DNA of 64,000 nucleotides from Pecten maximus. Taxonomy: Eukaryota. Below are positions 13,601 to 25,445 of this stretch, piece after piece. Made by a program: the position numbers and the translations under genes. How positions within the stretch are numbered: the stretch's first letter is position 1; every line of letters starts with the position of its first letter. The stretch is from contig NC_047018.1 in NCBI RefSeq assembly GCF_902652985.1, forward strand, positions 25,916,001-25,980,000. The letters are read 5' to 3'. A model generated the notes under the pieces. It was not told the origin of the DNA. It did not search any database and saw only the letters and a list, made by a program, of their open reading frames with translations.

Positions 13601-15257
13601 TCATGGGAATGAATTTTTAGCAATGCTCCATAGTAAAAACCTGGCTCAGATGTGTCAGTTTATCAGATATTTAGGTACTGATAACATGTATATCTATCAT
13701 AGTAAGATGCAAGTAAAAGAAAACAGAATTGGAAGCGAATGTGATAGACATTGGTCATTGACCGTGGGTTGATTAGCTGTGTACATAAGGAGCTATGTTG
13801 AAACAAGCTAGAGATGAGTGTTATGTACCAAGATCTACATTAACTTTGAAAGGACAATTTTGTACGCTTAAAGTGATTTTGGGTGGATTTTACAATTTTG
13901 ACATTACTCAAATACAGCCTAAGAGAGATCAACCTCGGTGTCCAATACAGCCTTATCAGGTGAGGAATTTTGCGAAAATTACTCAGTATCTAAAATTATC
14001 ATTACGTATTGTGCAACATTTTAACCATTTTTAAAAATTAGACCCAGAAAAAGTTTAAGTGGTAGTGGTTTTATCTATAATTTCATTAAAACAAGTTATT
14101 TAACTTAAATTTTAAACAAGCTGCTTAATTTACTTGGTACCCAGTTGCTTTATACATTCGATGTATGAAGCTCTAATGCTATTACATGTACTTTTAAATA
14201 TATGATAGAATAATTAATGTTCAAATCCCATTGTGAAGTTTTTCATATATTTGCAAAACAATTAAAACCAGCAAAAAGCCCATGTCAGACAATAAGACCA
14301 TATTTATCCAACAAAAAGCCCAGGTCAGACAATAAGACAATGTCTGGCTATTAGACCACGTCAGACAATAAGCTCACTCGTGTATTTCGCTGCTTCATAG
14401 AAATGCCAATACATGCCACCCATCCCTTGAATCTGATACTACGGATTGACTTCCTGCAAGTATTGCTGGAAAACTATAATACGGCTATCTGTAGGAGCCA
14501 ATACTGAATTATTTCATTAATGCAAGCAGTTCAAGTAAGTCTGCATTGTTATGGATTATGCTATGTATAAATTCAATGATAAATACAACCCAGTCAGGTA
14601 ATCAAGAGGTCATCAAATGAAACACAGACATTTATAACACCTTTGATTTTAAGATTCAGTATACCAAACATTTACTTTATACACAATGTACTTATACAAA
14701 CCTGTCACAGCCTTTTCTATATACATGTAGTATGTAACTTACCTAACAGTTGGCATACAGTCCAACAGCTCTGTGACCATGATCAACTTAGCGGTAAGAA
14801 TATTTCGCTAATTTTGTTGGTATAGTATATATTCAGAAAATCTGTTCCCTTCTGGTAACAAAACGTTCTATATACTTTTTTACATTGTAGTAAAGTTACA
14901 AAATTCAACACACAACATGAGCAAAGAGGTCTGGAAATGTTGTAGTATAGTTACACAACACAACACACATGAGAAAAGGAAGTCTTGAAATGTTGCGACA
15001 CATTTATAAGTACTTTGTGTATATATAGAGCAAATATTTGATACAGCTATTATAACATACAAATGTCCGTGAGATCATGTATCTTCTGTATTACTAGTTC
15101 AGAAACTTAAACAGTTGTCATTTCAATTTTTAAACTTAAACCATAAGAAAGTGGTTCTTCCTCAATCAATAGGTTTTCTGTACTGGCTGTGTTCTATCCC
15201 GATCAGTCCGTCAAACTGTCAACACTGCTGAAGAGTCTGCGTGGCACACAAATATCA

Positions 15258-15356
15258 TCAGTTGGATTTCGTCGCTGCCCAGATGATCAAGCTCAGGAAT
15301 ATCACAACCACAAGTACAATGATAAAGATAATACACTTTTTTCGACGGGATTTATG
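15258..15356 (-). CDS. STX7: STX7/12 alternative transmembrane exon B (terminal): HKSRRKKCIIFIIVLVVVIFLSLIIWAATKSN*
   Basis: Strong polypyrimidine acceptor tctctttctttcag, phase 0; TGA TGA stops. Confidence 0.88.
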   Translation of the reverse strand, partial: HKSRRKKCIIFIIVLVVVIFLSLIIWAATKSN

Positions 15357-18300
15357 CTGAAAGAAAGAGAAAGAGCCACATCAGTTATATTGAAGTGCTA
15401 CATTTTTTTCTCATGTTCGATTCCTAAACAATTTCAAATGTATGTACATATCAAACATATTTACATGTTCATCTACGTATTTTATAAAAAGGATTACCAT
15501 GGTTGAGGGGCTCCAGGTTCAACCCCTCTGAGCAGTAAATGTCCTCAACATACTCCACTCATCTTTCATTAAGGTTTTATACAAATGTACAATCTTAATA
15601 ATTTTCATATCTATGGTACAATATTATCATTATTTTATTTTTTATCATCACCAGGGGTATATGTTTATAAAGATAGAAAACTCTAATGGGTAATAACTTG
15701 CGGCTCTATATAGTGTCTGAAGTCGCTATTTCATTGATCCTGGCGTGTATTAGTTTGACTCGACTTTCAGACTTAAAGTCCTAACTAGTGATATAAGTAA
15801 TATTAAAGTGTTTTAAATAATTAAAACATAATTAAGTTTTGATTATGTACAGTGTAATATGTAAAGACATTAGTTCTTCGATATCTTAAGGAACAGTTTA
15901 AGATATTATGCACCGGTCTTCATAGTCCGAATGATTCCGACTATCTATCTGCTAGCCTTCGATATACTGCTAGGGGCAGAAGATTTGCCCCATGCAGTAT
16001 AGACTACAGTAGACAGATAGTTAGAATCATTAGGACTACTATCCTCATAGTAAACATATTGTTTTCATTCTGCTTTTGTCTGCTTAATCATGAACAGGTG
16101 ATTTAGACCAGATGTTGAAGTGCTGCATTGGAAATTATATATAATATAATTTAAATTTATTATAATGATTGCAAATTACTGTAATACCTTATTATAAAAC
16201 GTAACTACTTCATCCACTGTAATTCACACAGGTGATACTAATAGCACATGTTGTAGGATATTGTGTATAGTACAAAGATGATGCACTATTAGAATTATAG
16301 CCTGTTCTGTCAGTACAATGAGTTTGAAACTCACTTCAGTTATCACTAAAAGTTTTCTCTAAAAAACTATCAAATACGTGAGCACCTTATATAAATGTTG
16401 TGGAATAAACATCAATGTTAAGTAAATTGCTACATAATGAAAAATACATACCTCATTAATTTTTCTGTGAAAAATATATAGCAATTATAATGGCTATAAC
16501 AGCGATAACAACTAGTAGAATTACTATACATATGCACTTTTTTCTTCTTGCTTTTGACTGAAAATGAATAAGTGAAAAATGAAAAAGTAGGGAAAATAAA
16601 AACACAGCAATGAAAAATAATTTCAGTTTACAACATCAAGAATCAATGCTAAAATCATGCATTTTTTTTTTCAAAAATAAAATAATAAAAGCAAACATCA
16701 AGTGAAGCTCATTTACCACATAGCTAACCTATGTAATGTTGTCATGTCTGGAATATTGTATGACATATGTACTATCACTATCATAAGATGGTATCGTATT
16801 GAAAAATGTTTTATCCAAAGAAATTCTGCCTTTCTTATAAGGAAATTAATTCAAATTCACATTTGTTTCCTCAGAAACACAATTTATTCGATAAACAGAA
16901 TCTGTTACGAGTTAAATGTCTTTGTACCATGAATTTTCTACAAGTAAACTTGAATTTGAGTATTCACTTGCCTACAGGCTCATGATATTGCATAGTAACA
17001 GGTACTTAACTTGTTCAATAAATAGTTATAAAATTCCATATTACACCGACATTCATGTATACATGAAGCAAGTTGTGTACATTGAGTCAGACCTCGAGCT
17101 CTTAGTCACAAGTATTTGTATTATCATAAATAATTTGAAGAGGTGAGGCATTTTTACTTTTCACAAATCAAATAAAACCGTCAGATTAATTACTAGCTGA
17201 CAGACAATTATAAGAACAATCATCAACATCCTAGTTTTATCTTTGTACCTAACATTCCAGTACTGACTGGACCTGCTAATAAATCACATTACATGGACAG
17301 GTTATCAATCACTTGATGTTTCGGCGATATAGGGGAAGGAGAATGAGGGATGGCGTTCACTACAACATAACAACATCAAAAGAAATCACTCAAACTTAAA
17401 AAGCACAACAAAAGAGACAACCTGAACAAGTAAGAAAGCCTACCTGGTAGTCTCTAGCTTTTGACAACTGTTGTGTTCCTTCCTCCACCCTGATCTGGGC
17501 ACTCTCCACATTGGCCTCTATACTGTCTGTAAATGACATGTACATAGATTATCGGTGTAGGAATTCCTACAATGTCAATGTACTAAAATAGTCCTCATAC
17601 AGTGGACCCTCGATAATCCGAACACCTTCGTTTCCAGTCCAAACCGTCCGGATTACGAGTTTTCGGGACTGCAGAATTTCGTGTACCAGGTCAAAAAAAT
17701 TGTCATGTAAGAGTTATCTCCCTTGATTATATACAATCCGGGACGTTTCATAAACACGTCAGACTTGTCGGACTTTTAAACAATAAATATACTTATGTTT
17801 CTGATATGATTCTTGTTTTGTTTTGTAGAAAGTAAAAAAATAAACTATGTTTTTTAAAAGAACATGTAAAGTGAAAATCGTTTTATTTATAGCGGGCATA
17901 TGTGACCTACAAACAACACACATGTGTCACGTCCCGGAGGTTCACAATCAAGTAGAAATTACAAACGTTAAATACCTTAAATAAAATACCCAGATTTTAC
18001 AACTTACCGTCAGTCCATGTTTTTTTTATGATTATTACGTACCAGAAACCCCAAGCTATGTATTTAAAAGTACGCGACACCAGCGAGAACTACCCAAGAT
18101 GTCCGATAATTATTAAACCCGTATTCACTTAACAATGTGACGCTCAGTTAAGTATCAGACGACTTTTGACTAATTTGTGTGTAATCAACCCAGTTCTTGT
18201 GATCACTGCTTAATACGTAAATGTGTATGTAATTAATAACATGCATCTTTCAATGAGTCGTCGTTTCACGTAACGGTGTTACAAAGCCGAAATCTGTGTT

Positions 18301-21300
18301 TACCCAATAAAAGTGTTAATGATGTTAATTACCGATCATAAATTTATCGTATCACGTACTGTATGTTTGTGCATAAATTCTGTAACATTTAGGTCGTAGA
18401 AAAAACAATGTACCGTTATAAAAACAAAAGCTACACATTGTAACACAGGTAAACACCCGGGGCTATGACCTGGCAGCGGTCTCTATGACTACGCACAGTG
18501 TCAAGCGATAGTCTGTACAGCTGTCGACACGGGTGACTTGCCCCGACATTTTTTTCTCCTCGTGGTGAAAACATCGTCCGGATTATTGAGGGAAATTTAC
18601 TAATGAAAAGTACGTTCCGTTCCCAAAATGGGCTTCCGGAATCGGAATCCGAATTTCCGGACTGGTGAGTACAAATAACGTTACGGAAATCCGTTCCCGT
18701 GCATTTCCGTCCGGACTGTGAGTTTTCCGGACTATCGGCGTCCGGATTATCGCGGGTCCACTGTATACAAATGAATTATGTCAATTTCAATTTGACTTTA
18801 TTATATTGGAAACAAATCTATTCAAATAGCAATATTTTGTCTTCCTCCTAGATTTTAAAATGATGTATACTGGTAGCAGATAGAAATCTTAACAGGTTCA
18901 GAACCATTTTCTGGTCAAGATCAATTCTAAGGAAGTTTAAAAGAAACAATACAATTGATCATTCACACTACAATCAACAATGGAACACTTTTTCATTATT
19001 TTGGTCATGTTAAAAAGAGTGAATGGAATTTGATCAAAGGGGCATAATTCCCATCAAAATATTTTACCGAGAGATTGTAGCAATCACATCTCTGTTTAAA
19101 TGAAAACAATTAACTGTCAATTACTGATATTGGGAGACTAGTAACACCTGTGGGTAATTTTTGATATTGGTAGACTATATTATTATTTGATATTCTCTCA
19201 AATTCTTACCTAACATTTCTCCCTGTTCATGCACCAGCATGCCGAGATCTTTGAAGATCTGGTTTACATCTACAATATCTCTCTGAAAGTTGAATATTCA
19301 AATGTATCCTAAAACTTCAACTTTTAACATATAAATACAACTGGTTTCTCCAAATAAACAAGTAGCAATATGAATACAGTTTTACATGATAGTTTGATGA
19401 CAGTATACTGACTCCATTCAGCAGTTTGACTTAACATTACATGTATGAATATATACGCTAAGATTTCTGTTTTCAGAAATGATATTTTAAAACTCATATC
19501 AGAACATACCTCTAGTTTTTTAATGGAATCTTCACGTTCCTGTAACATCTCCAGATCAACATCTTCTTCCATTTGTAAAATTTGACGTGTTTGGGAAAAT
19601 CTGTTAACATAGTGAATTAGCAATGTGATTGTTGTTTCAATTTAAAATGATCTCCCAATTATTTTATATACTGTGATATATATTTTGAAAAGATTGTCCT
19701 GTTGGAAATAGGATATCATGTCAAAATTGATAATTTGCAACAAATGATTTGAGCATTTTTGACAATGATTAGCCAATTAATCCAAATTATAGAGTTTTTG
19801 TACAGCAAATATTTATCACATCTGACACTGTTTTTTCTCTATTCGATTTGAACTCCATGTTTATGCATTAACCGATGAGATTCTTTTATCCACAGTGTTT
19901 GTATCAGTAGGCATTAGTTCAATCTACATACCCAGGAGCTGTCTGTTGTTCTTCTGGTCTGAAGTCACTGAATTCACTTAAACCCTGCAAAAATAACAAT
20001 AAATTAAAGACAAACAAAACAATAAGAAGATAAATAACAAATAATAATGGAGTTAAACTGTAATAATTAAAAGTGTTTTAACTTCGACTGTCCAACCATT
20101 TGTCCTTCATTCCTTACTTAAAAATTAGGTAACATTCAATTCCTATCCACAGGAACGGTTGAACCTTACTAAAAACTAACTAACATTTCCTACTCAAACG
20201 TACAATAGACTTTACTAAAAACTAACTAACATTTCCTACTCAAACGTACAATAGACTTTACTAAAAACTAACTAACATTTCCTACTCAAACGTACAATAG
20301 ACTTTACTAAAAACTAACTAACATTTCCTACTCAAACGTACAATAGACTTTACTAAAAACTAACTAACATTACCTACATACATGTACAATAGACTTTACT
20401 AAAAACTAGCTAACATTTCCTACTTACATGTACAATAGACTTTACTAAAAACTAACTAACATTTCCTACATACACGTACAATAGACTTTACTAAAAACTA
20501 GCTAACATTTCCTACTTACACGTACAATAGACTTTACTAAAAACTAGCTAACATTTCCTACATACAGGTACAATAGACTTTACTAAAAGCTAGCTAACAT
20601 TTCCTACTAACACGTACAATAGACTTTACTAAAAGCTAGCTAACATTTCCTACATACAGGTACAATAGACTTTACTAAAAACTAGTTAACATTCTCTACT
20701 TACGCGTACAATAGACTTTCCTATAAGCTAGTTAACATTCTCTACTTACACGTACAATAGACTTTACTAAAAGCTTGTTAACATTCTCTACTTACACGTA
20801 CAATAGACTTTACTAAAAACTAGCTAACATTTCCTACTAACACGTACAATAGACTTTACTAAAAGCTAGCTAACATTTCCTACATACAGGTACAATAGAC
20901 TTTACTAAAAACTAGTTAACATTCTCTACTTACGCGTACAATAGACTTTCCTATAAGCTAGTTAACATTCTCTACTTACGCGTACAATAGACTTTCCTAT
21001 AAGCTAGTTAACATTCTCTACTTACACGTACAATAGACTTTCCTATAAGCTAGTTAACATTCTCTACTTACAGGTGTGGTGGAACTGGAATGGGCCCTAG
21101 CTCTTGCTACACTAGCCTTCTCCTTCTCTGCAGCAGATCGTTGCACTGTTTGAAAGTTCTTCAAAGCATTACTGAATTCATCGGTAAGTCTGTCTCTCTG
21201 CACTTTCCATTTACTCTATAAAATAAAGTCACAAAGTTCCCAGCATACTTTATGTAATGACAAGGTATTTGAATCAAATTAAAACATCCAACTTCCTGTT

Positions 21301-23924
21301 ATATTTATATGAAATGTGTTCTGTACAGTGTATATCTGTTTCCTGCTATAAAGATCATCATACCTATACCTAACATGAAATGCATGTGGGCATTTGCTTT
21401 TGTGAATTGAGATTTAACATAAAATACACCAACTTTTATGGTTTGTCTCTTATTAACAGAAGCTAACTGTTATGGATCATTATTGGCTATTTATAGTATA
21501 CTCAAAATCAAGATTATCATGTGGCTATACAACCATATCAGATGCTGAAATGTATAAAATTTAAAATCATAATGCATTCTACTGCTGGATTATTTTAGAG
21601 CACATGAAATTAACAAAGTACCATATCATATACTTGTGGTTTAACTGAAAAGGCTGACACAGCCAAAATGTTATGAACATTGCATAACTTGCCTCTAATG
21701 AGTGGATTAGAACATGTACATGTTTCTTCAAACTTCATCTATCTGTTCACTAATACAGGTATGTAAGAGAAAACTAAAAACCTTAGTATGGTAAGTAAAA
21801 ACCGCACCTGTTCTGATGCTGGCATGGGAAGATGGGCCAGTTCCTTGAGGTCATGATTTGTATCCTTAGCCAGCTGATTGGTGTATGTCTGTGCCTGGTG
21901 CCTAGAACAAATATCAAAATCAATGGTCTGATTTACAAGTAGATACACATGTTTCTCCATTAGACATGAATGCTGTTATTACCACAGGATTATAGCACTG
22001 CAGAGCATACATATTAACCAAATTATCAATTATGTACTCTTGGCAGAATTTTTTTTTAAATTTTGGTGGAATATTGAAATTTGATTCTTGGTATAAAACA
22101 GATGAGGTACCTGGCATGTATGAAACCATAACTATGATGGGTATAAAATGACAGTTTCATATTTGTAGTAACAGTGGTATGAATTCAGCAAGAAACAAAA
22201 TTTATGTAATGGTTATAATAATCAGTATAACAATTTTTTCTACATCAATTTTTGTTTAATCCGTTATTTACATTTGCTCTCGAAGACGGTCACTATCCTG
22301 ACTGGATCCAATTTGATTGACAGCCTTTTGCATTTGTGCAACTGTTAAAACAAAATACAAAAAACATAACGTTTATTTACAATTCTTGACTCCTTTCTAT
22401 ACATTATCAACCGTGACACATATAACGGCTATACATGTATTACTAAAGATAAAAATAAACATTGTTTTCTGTTCGATAACAAATATTTTTTTATTACTCC
22501 ATTTCATGTACAAAATTGATAATGTTACTGCAACAAACAAGTTTGCGAGTTACCAATTGTTATTATCATATTGTTAATTTCTGATGAAAATGTAACAATG
22601 ATAATCAAAAGGTTTCTATCATTGGTGTACATGTCTTCTCTTCAAAAGGAAAAATCTCTACATATAAATGTCAGAAATACTGGTGCAAAGAATCATTTTG
22701 GTAAGGACATGCCAGGTTATCATAATAATTACTATAATGAATATGTTTCATCAGATTTTAACTTTTAAATATAACAAAAAGCATGATGACTCCAGCATGG
22801 CATGTCTTAATGACTTATATGACTTATAATATCTTTTTTATCATATGCATACAGTGATTGACAGCCAGTAGCGAAAATGTTTCTATTATTGAATGATTGA
22901 CAGAAAATATAGCTGTCATTATTTTTTGTTAAAAAACATTGCATTCAAAACCTGAATGAAATTTTTCTATTACATTTTGATAAAAATAATCAATTAAATG
23001 TTTCAGTTGGAATAAATTAACATAGAAGTAAATTTGAATGCCAGTAGAAATACCAAATTCTTTGAAATGTACAAGTTAAAGTTAACGGTTTCAGCTGACT
23101 TGTGTATTGACTGTAAATATCAAATAAAGCAATAACCGGATCTATGTAACCAGCAGATCACATTGTATATTAATATGAATATTTATAATTACCATATTGA
23201 GAGATTTTTTGTATATTTCCACTGATACTGTTAACTAATCTGTTGAACTCGCTGCTACCACCTGCGGCTAAAACGAAATTGGAAAATTCATATCAAATTT
23301 GCATGTATAAAATCACATACTGTTATGCATTTATTTCTGAAACTATTCTTCAGCATGATCATAATTTTTATAATTCAAAACATTTTATCCTATATCAATC
23401 CCTATGAGCCAACAGTAATTGAATTTCACAAAATTTGCAGTAGTTTCAAAAGCAGTCATTGTGAGGGACAGGGGTCATGGGCCAAATAAAATGTACAATA
23501 AATTTCAGTGACTCATAGAAACAATTCTAATTATAATCTTATTAAAAGATAAAAACAAAACAACAAGGACTGTAACTGTAGGTATTTTTAAAACAGCAGT
23601 GAAATGACCCATTGGTGATACATAGACTTATCTTTCCAGATTCTTGTAAAGCCAAATTAGTCAAATAATTCATAATTCAACCAAATTCAGAGTACATGTA
23701 CATGCTACCAAAAAAAGTGGGCTTTTTCTTAATGAATTAAAAGTTAATTTTCATTTCTAATATATTTTCTATCAATTTTGTTTTTCATTACATGTATCTA
23801 CCAGAGATCTAGATATGCTACAACAAGTGACAGTGAATTAAATTAAGATTTACTTACATGGTCTACTTCCTGACTGATACGACGAAAAACCACCATCAAA
23901 CTCCCCTCTTCCATACGATGCCAT
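15258..23924 (-). CDS. STX7: Syntaxin-7/12-like endosomal Qa-SNARE, spliced gene (about 282-283 aa)
   Basis: Exons 23858-23924, 23193-23267, 22272-22341, 21808-21901, 21072-21215, 19932-19984, 19510-19600, 19210-19282, 17444-17526, then 16456-16557 or 15258-15356. All GT-AG and frame-consistent. Translation gives an Habc region (NSISGNIQKISQY...YTNQLAKDT...QRDRLTDEFSNALKNFQTVQRSAAEKEK), a SNARE motif with the 0-layer Q ([33 protein letters not shown]) and a basic stretch plus TM anchor. STX7 versus STX12 cannot be resolved by eye. Confidence 0.93.
15923..16038. mobile_element. Short fold-back (palindromic) MITE-like element
   Basis: Arms tagtccgaatgattccgactatctatctgct / agtagacagatagttagaatcattaggacta, plus inner stem atactgc-taggggca / tgcccc-atgcagtat. 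Confidence 0.7.
16456..16557 (-). CDS. STX7: STX7/12 alternative transmembrane exon A: SKARRKKCICIVILLVVIAVIAIIIAIYFSQKN*
   Basis: Acceptor ttttcag in phase 0; basic juxtamembrane stretch plus hydrophobic run; TAA, then TGAG|gtatgt donor at 16451. Confidence 0.85.
   Translation of the reverse strand, partial: SKARRKKCICIVILLVVIAVIAIIIAIYFSQKN
17444..17526 (-). CDS. STX7: STX7/12 SNARE-motif exon [28 protein letters not shown]
   Basis: ttacag/gtaggc boundaries, 83 nt. Confidence 0.95.
17600..18763 (+). mobile_element. Non-autonomous Tc1/mariner-pogo type DNA transposon, copy 1
   Basis: TA|CAGTGGACCCTCGATAATCCG ... CGGATTATCGCGGGTCCACTG|TA; subterminal TCCGGA repeats; no transposase ORF; second copy at 58832. 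Confidence 0.9.
19210..19282 (-). CDS. STX7: STX7/12 SNARE-motif exon [24 protein letters not shown]
   Basis: tttcag/gtaaga boundaries, 73 nt. Confidence 0.95.
19510..19600 (-). CDS. STX7: STX7/12 exon FSQTRQILQMEEDVDLEMLQEREDSIKKLE
   Basis: taacag/gtatgt boundaries, 91 nt. Confidence 0.92.
19932..19984 (-). CDS. STX7: STX7/12 linker exon GLSEFSDFRPEEQQTAP
   Basis: ttgcag/gtatgt boundaries, 53 nt, needed to restore frame with the next exon. Confidence 0.85.
20166..21071. repeat. 46-bp minisatellite, about 20 units, abutting the STX donor at 21071
   Basis: Unit TTACTAAAAACTAGCTAACATTTCCTACTTACACGTACAATAGACT. Confidence 0.96.
21072..21215 (-). CDS. STX7: STX7/12 exon SKWKVQRDRLTDEFSNALKNFQTVQRSAAEKEKASVARARAHSSSTTP
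   Basis: ttatag/gtaagt boundaries, 144 nt. Confidence 0.93.
21808..21901 (-). CDS. STX7: STX7/12 exon HQAQTYTNQLAKDTNHDLKELAHLPMPASEQ
   Basis: ttctag/gtgcgg boundaries, 94 nt. Confidence 0.92.
22272..22341 (-). CDS. STX7: STX7/12 exon VAQMQKAVNQIGSSQDSDRLREQ
   Basis: taacag/gtaaat boundaries, 70 nt. Confidence 0.9.
23193..23267 (-). CDS. STX7: STX7/12 exon (S)AGGSSEFNRLVNSISGNIQKISQY
   Basis: ttttag/gtaatt boundaries, 75 nt, phase 1-1. Confidence 0.9.
23858..23924 (-). CDS. STX7: STX7/12 first coding exon MASYGRGEFDGGFSSYQSGSRP
   Basis: ATG at 23924, donor GTAAGT at 23857; acceptor ttgcag at 24061, so the exon also carries 5' UTR. Confidence 0.8.
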
Positions 23925-24919
23925 AGTTGAAGACAATCAGTTGTATTATAAGAAAGTTTTTATTGTCTTTTTATAACATATAATTCATATAATGTAGTGT
24001 ATGATGTCACCAATATTTAGGTTCCCTTGTTGGAAAGTTGTTTTAGACTTCTTTCATACCCTGCAAATTTGAAAAAGAAACCAGTTATTATTTGTGTGTT
24101 TGACCATAATTATTATTTACAGATAATCCCCAGTCTAATCAATTACACATCTTCCTTGTGACCAGGTGTGGTGTCCTACTGGTGGCCTTTGTATATATTT
24201 CAGTGAGGTAACACTATATATAAATACATCCATATGATCAGTTCTACACTATCACAATGACACAAACACATACAGTTGTATATATATTCAGCATGCGCAG
24301 CCTTCGATCCATACACAAAACCACTCGCTACAAACCGGCAGCTCACACACAAGGGAGTTAGATATAGGCTAATAGCCTATCTTAAAATGACCAAAGATGT
24401 TGATGTGAGGTTTAACAATATAAAACCGGAACTAATGGTCAGCCTTAGCTAAAATTATAATGTACTAAACAAATTATAATTCAGTACAATTATGGCTGTC
24501 GATAAGTGGTAGAACACAACTAAGAATAACACGTCTACTCTTCTTCGATTTTATTTTAAACTCTGAGCCCGTCTACAATCGTATGACGTCATAAATATTA
24601 CAACGTCATCATAACATTAGAAACGGCGCCATATTCACAACAATGACAGATCTTTTTAAATAATGAAATTTAGGATAAACATACGATATGTACGATGATC
24701 ACTTGGGTAAACTATCTGGATACCTTAAGTCCAATACATTGTGCTTCTGACATATTAAGCTAAATATTATATAAATCATCTTTAAATAACATTTGATGAA
24801 TAGATAGATTACTTTGAGTTTAATTTCTGACATGCAGATCTTATATCTATACTGTATATAATCAATAAATATTTACATAAGATTTACATCAGAAATAAAT
24901 CAGAAACCACATCCCTTAC

Positions 24920-25445
24920 CAGTTCCTGTATCATAATAGTACCGGAATCACTAAATGACATGAGTTGTTAAAAGCTGATCAGAGTCAGGTGATCTACAAT
25001 TTTATGTAAACATCACTATTTTTGGAACTGTCATTGAATTAATGTCACGTGTGTTTGGTCGTTCCACTTCGATTTCATCCACACGAACATTGTAACATAT
25101 ACTATATGTACAAAAAGAGCAAATACGTTAAAATAAACTTAAGCATGCATCGTTTTCCGTATGATTGGTCAAATCGATTCCTTTAGATATCACATATAAG
25201 ATAGTAGACATGGAGTATTTCGTCCGTTGATTTACATTTTCTTCTGTTACGGTCCGACAACACATTGTGCCGTAAAGTATGAACGAGAATTTGAAGTATT
25301 CCAAACGACTAATGATGTGTCCTTAAAGCTTACATATTAAACAAACATCACAAAACAATTAAAATTACGTGAAATAGAGCATCAGCCTGTTTTTTTCACT
25401 TCCGTACACACCTACTTCATCTTGCTTCTTGAGTGACGTAAATCC
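24920..25445 (-). promoter_or_regulatory. Putative non-coding first exon and promoter of STX7/12
   Basis: Donor CTG|GTAAGG at 24919; E-box GTCACGTG at 25044-25051; ETS-like CACTTCCG and CRE-like GTGACGTAA near 25400-25440. TSS is not determinable. Confidence 0.45.

Noticed and set aside
17600-18763. Autonomous transposon
   Set aside because: No transposase ORF in any of the TIR or Helentron-like elements in the window.
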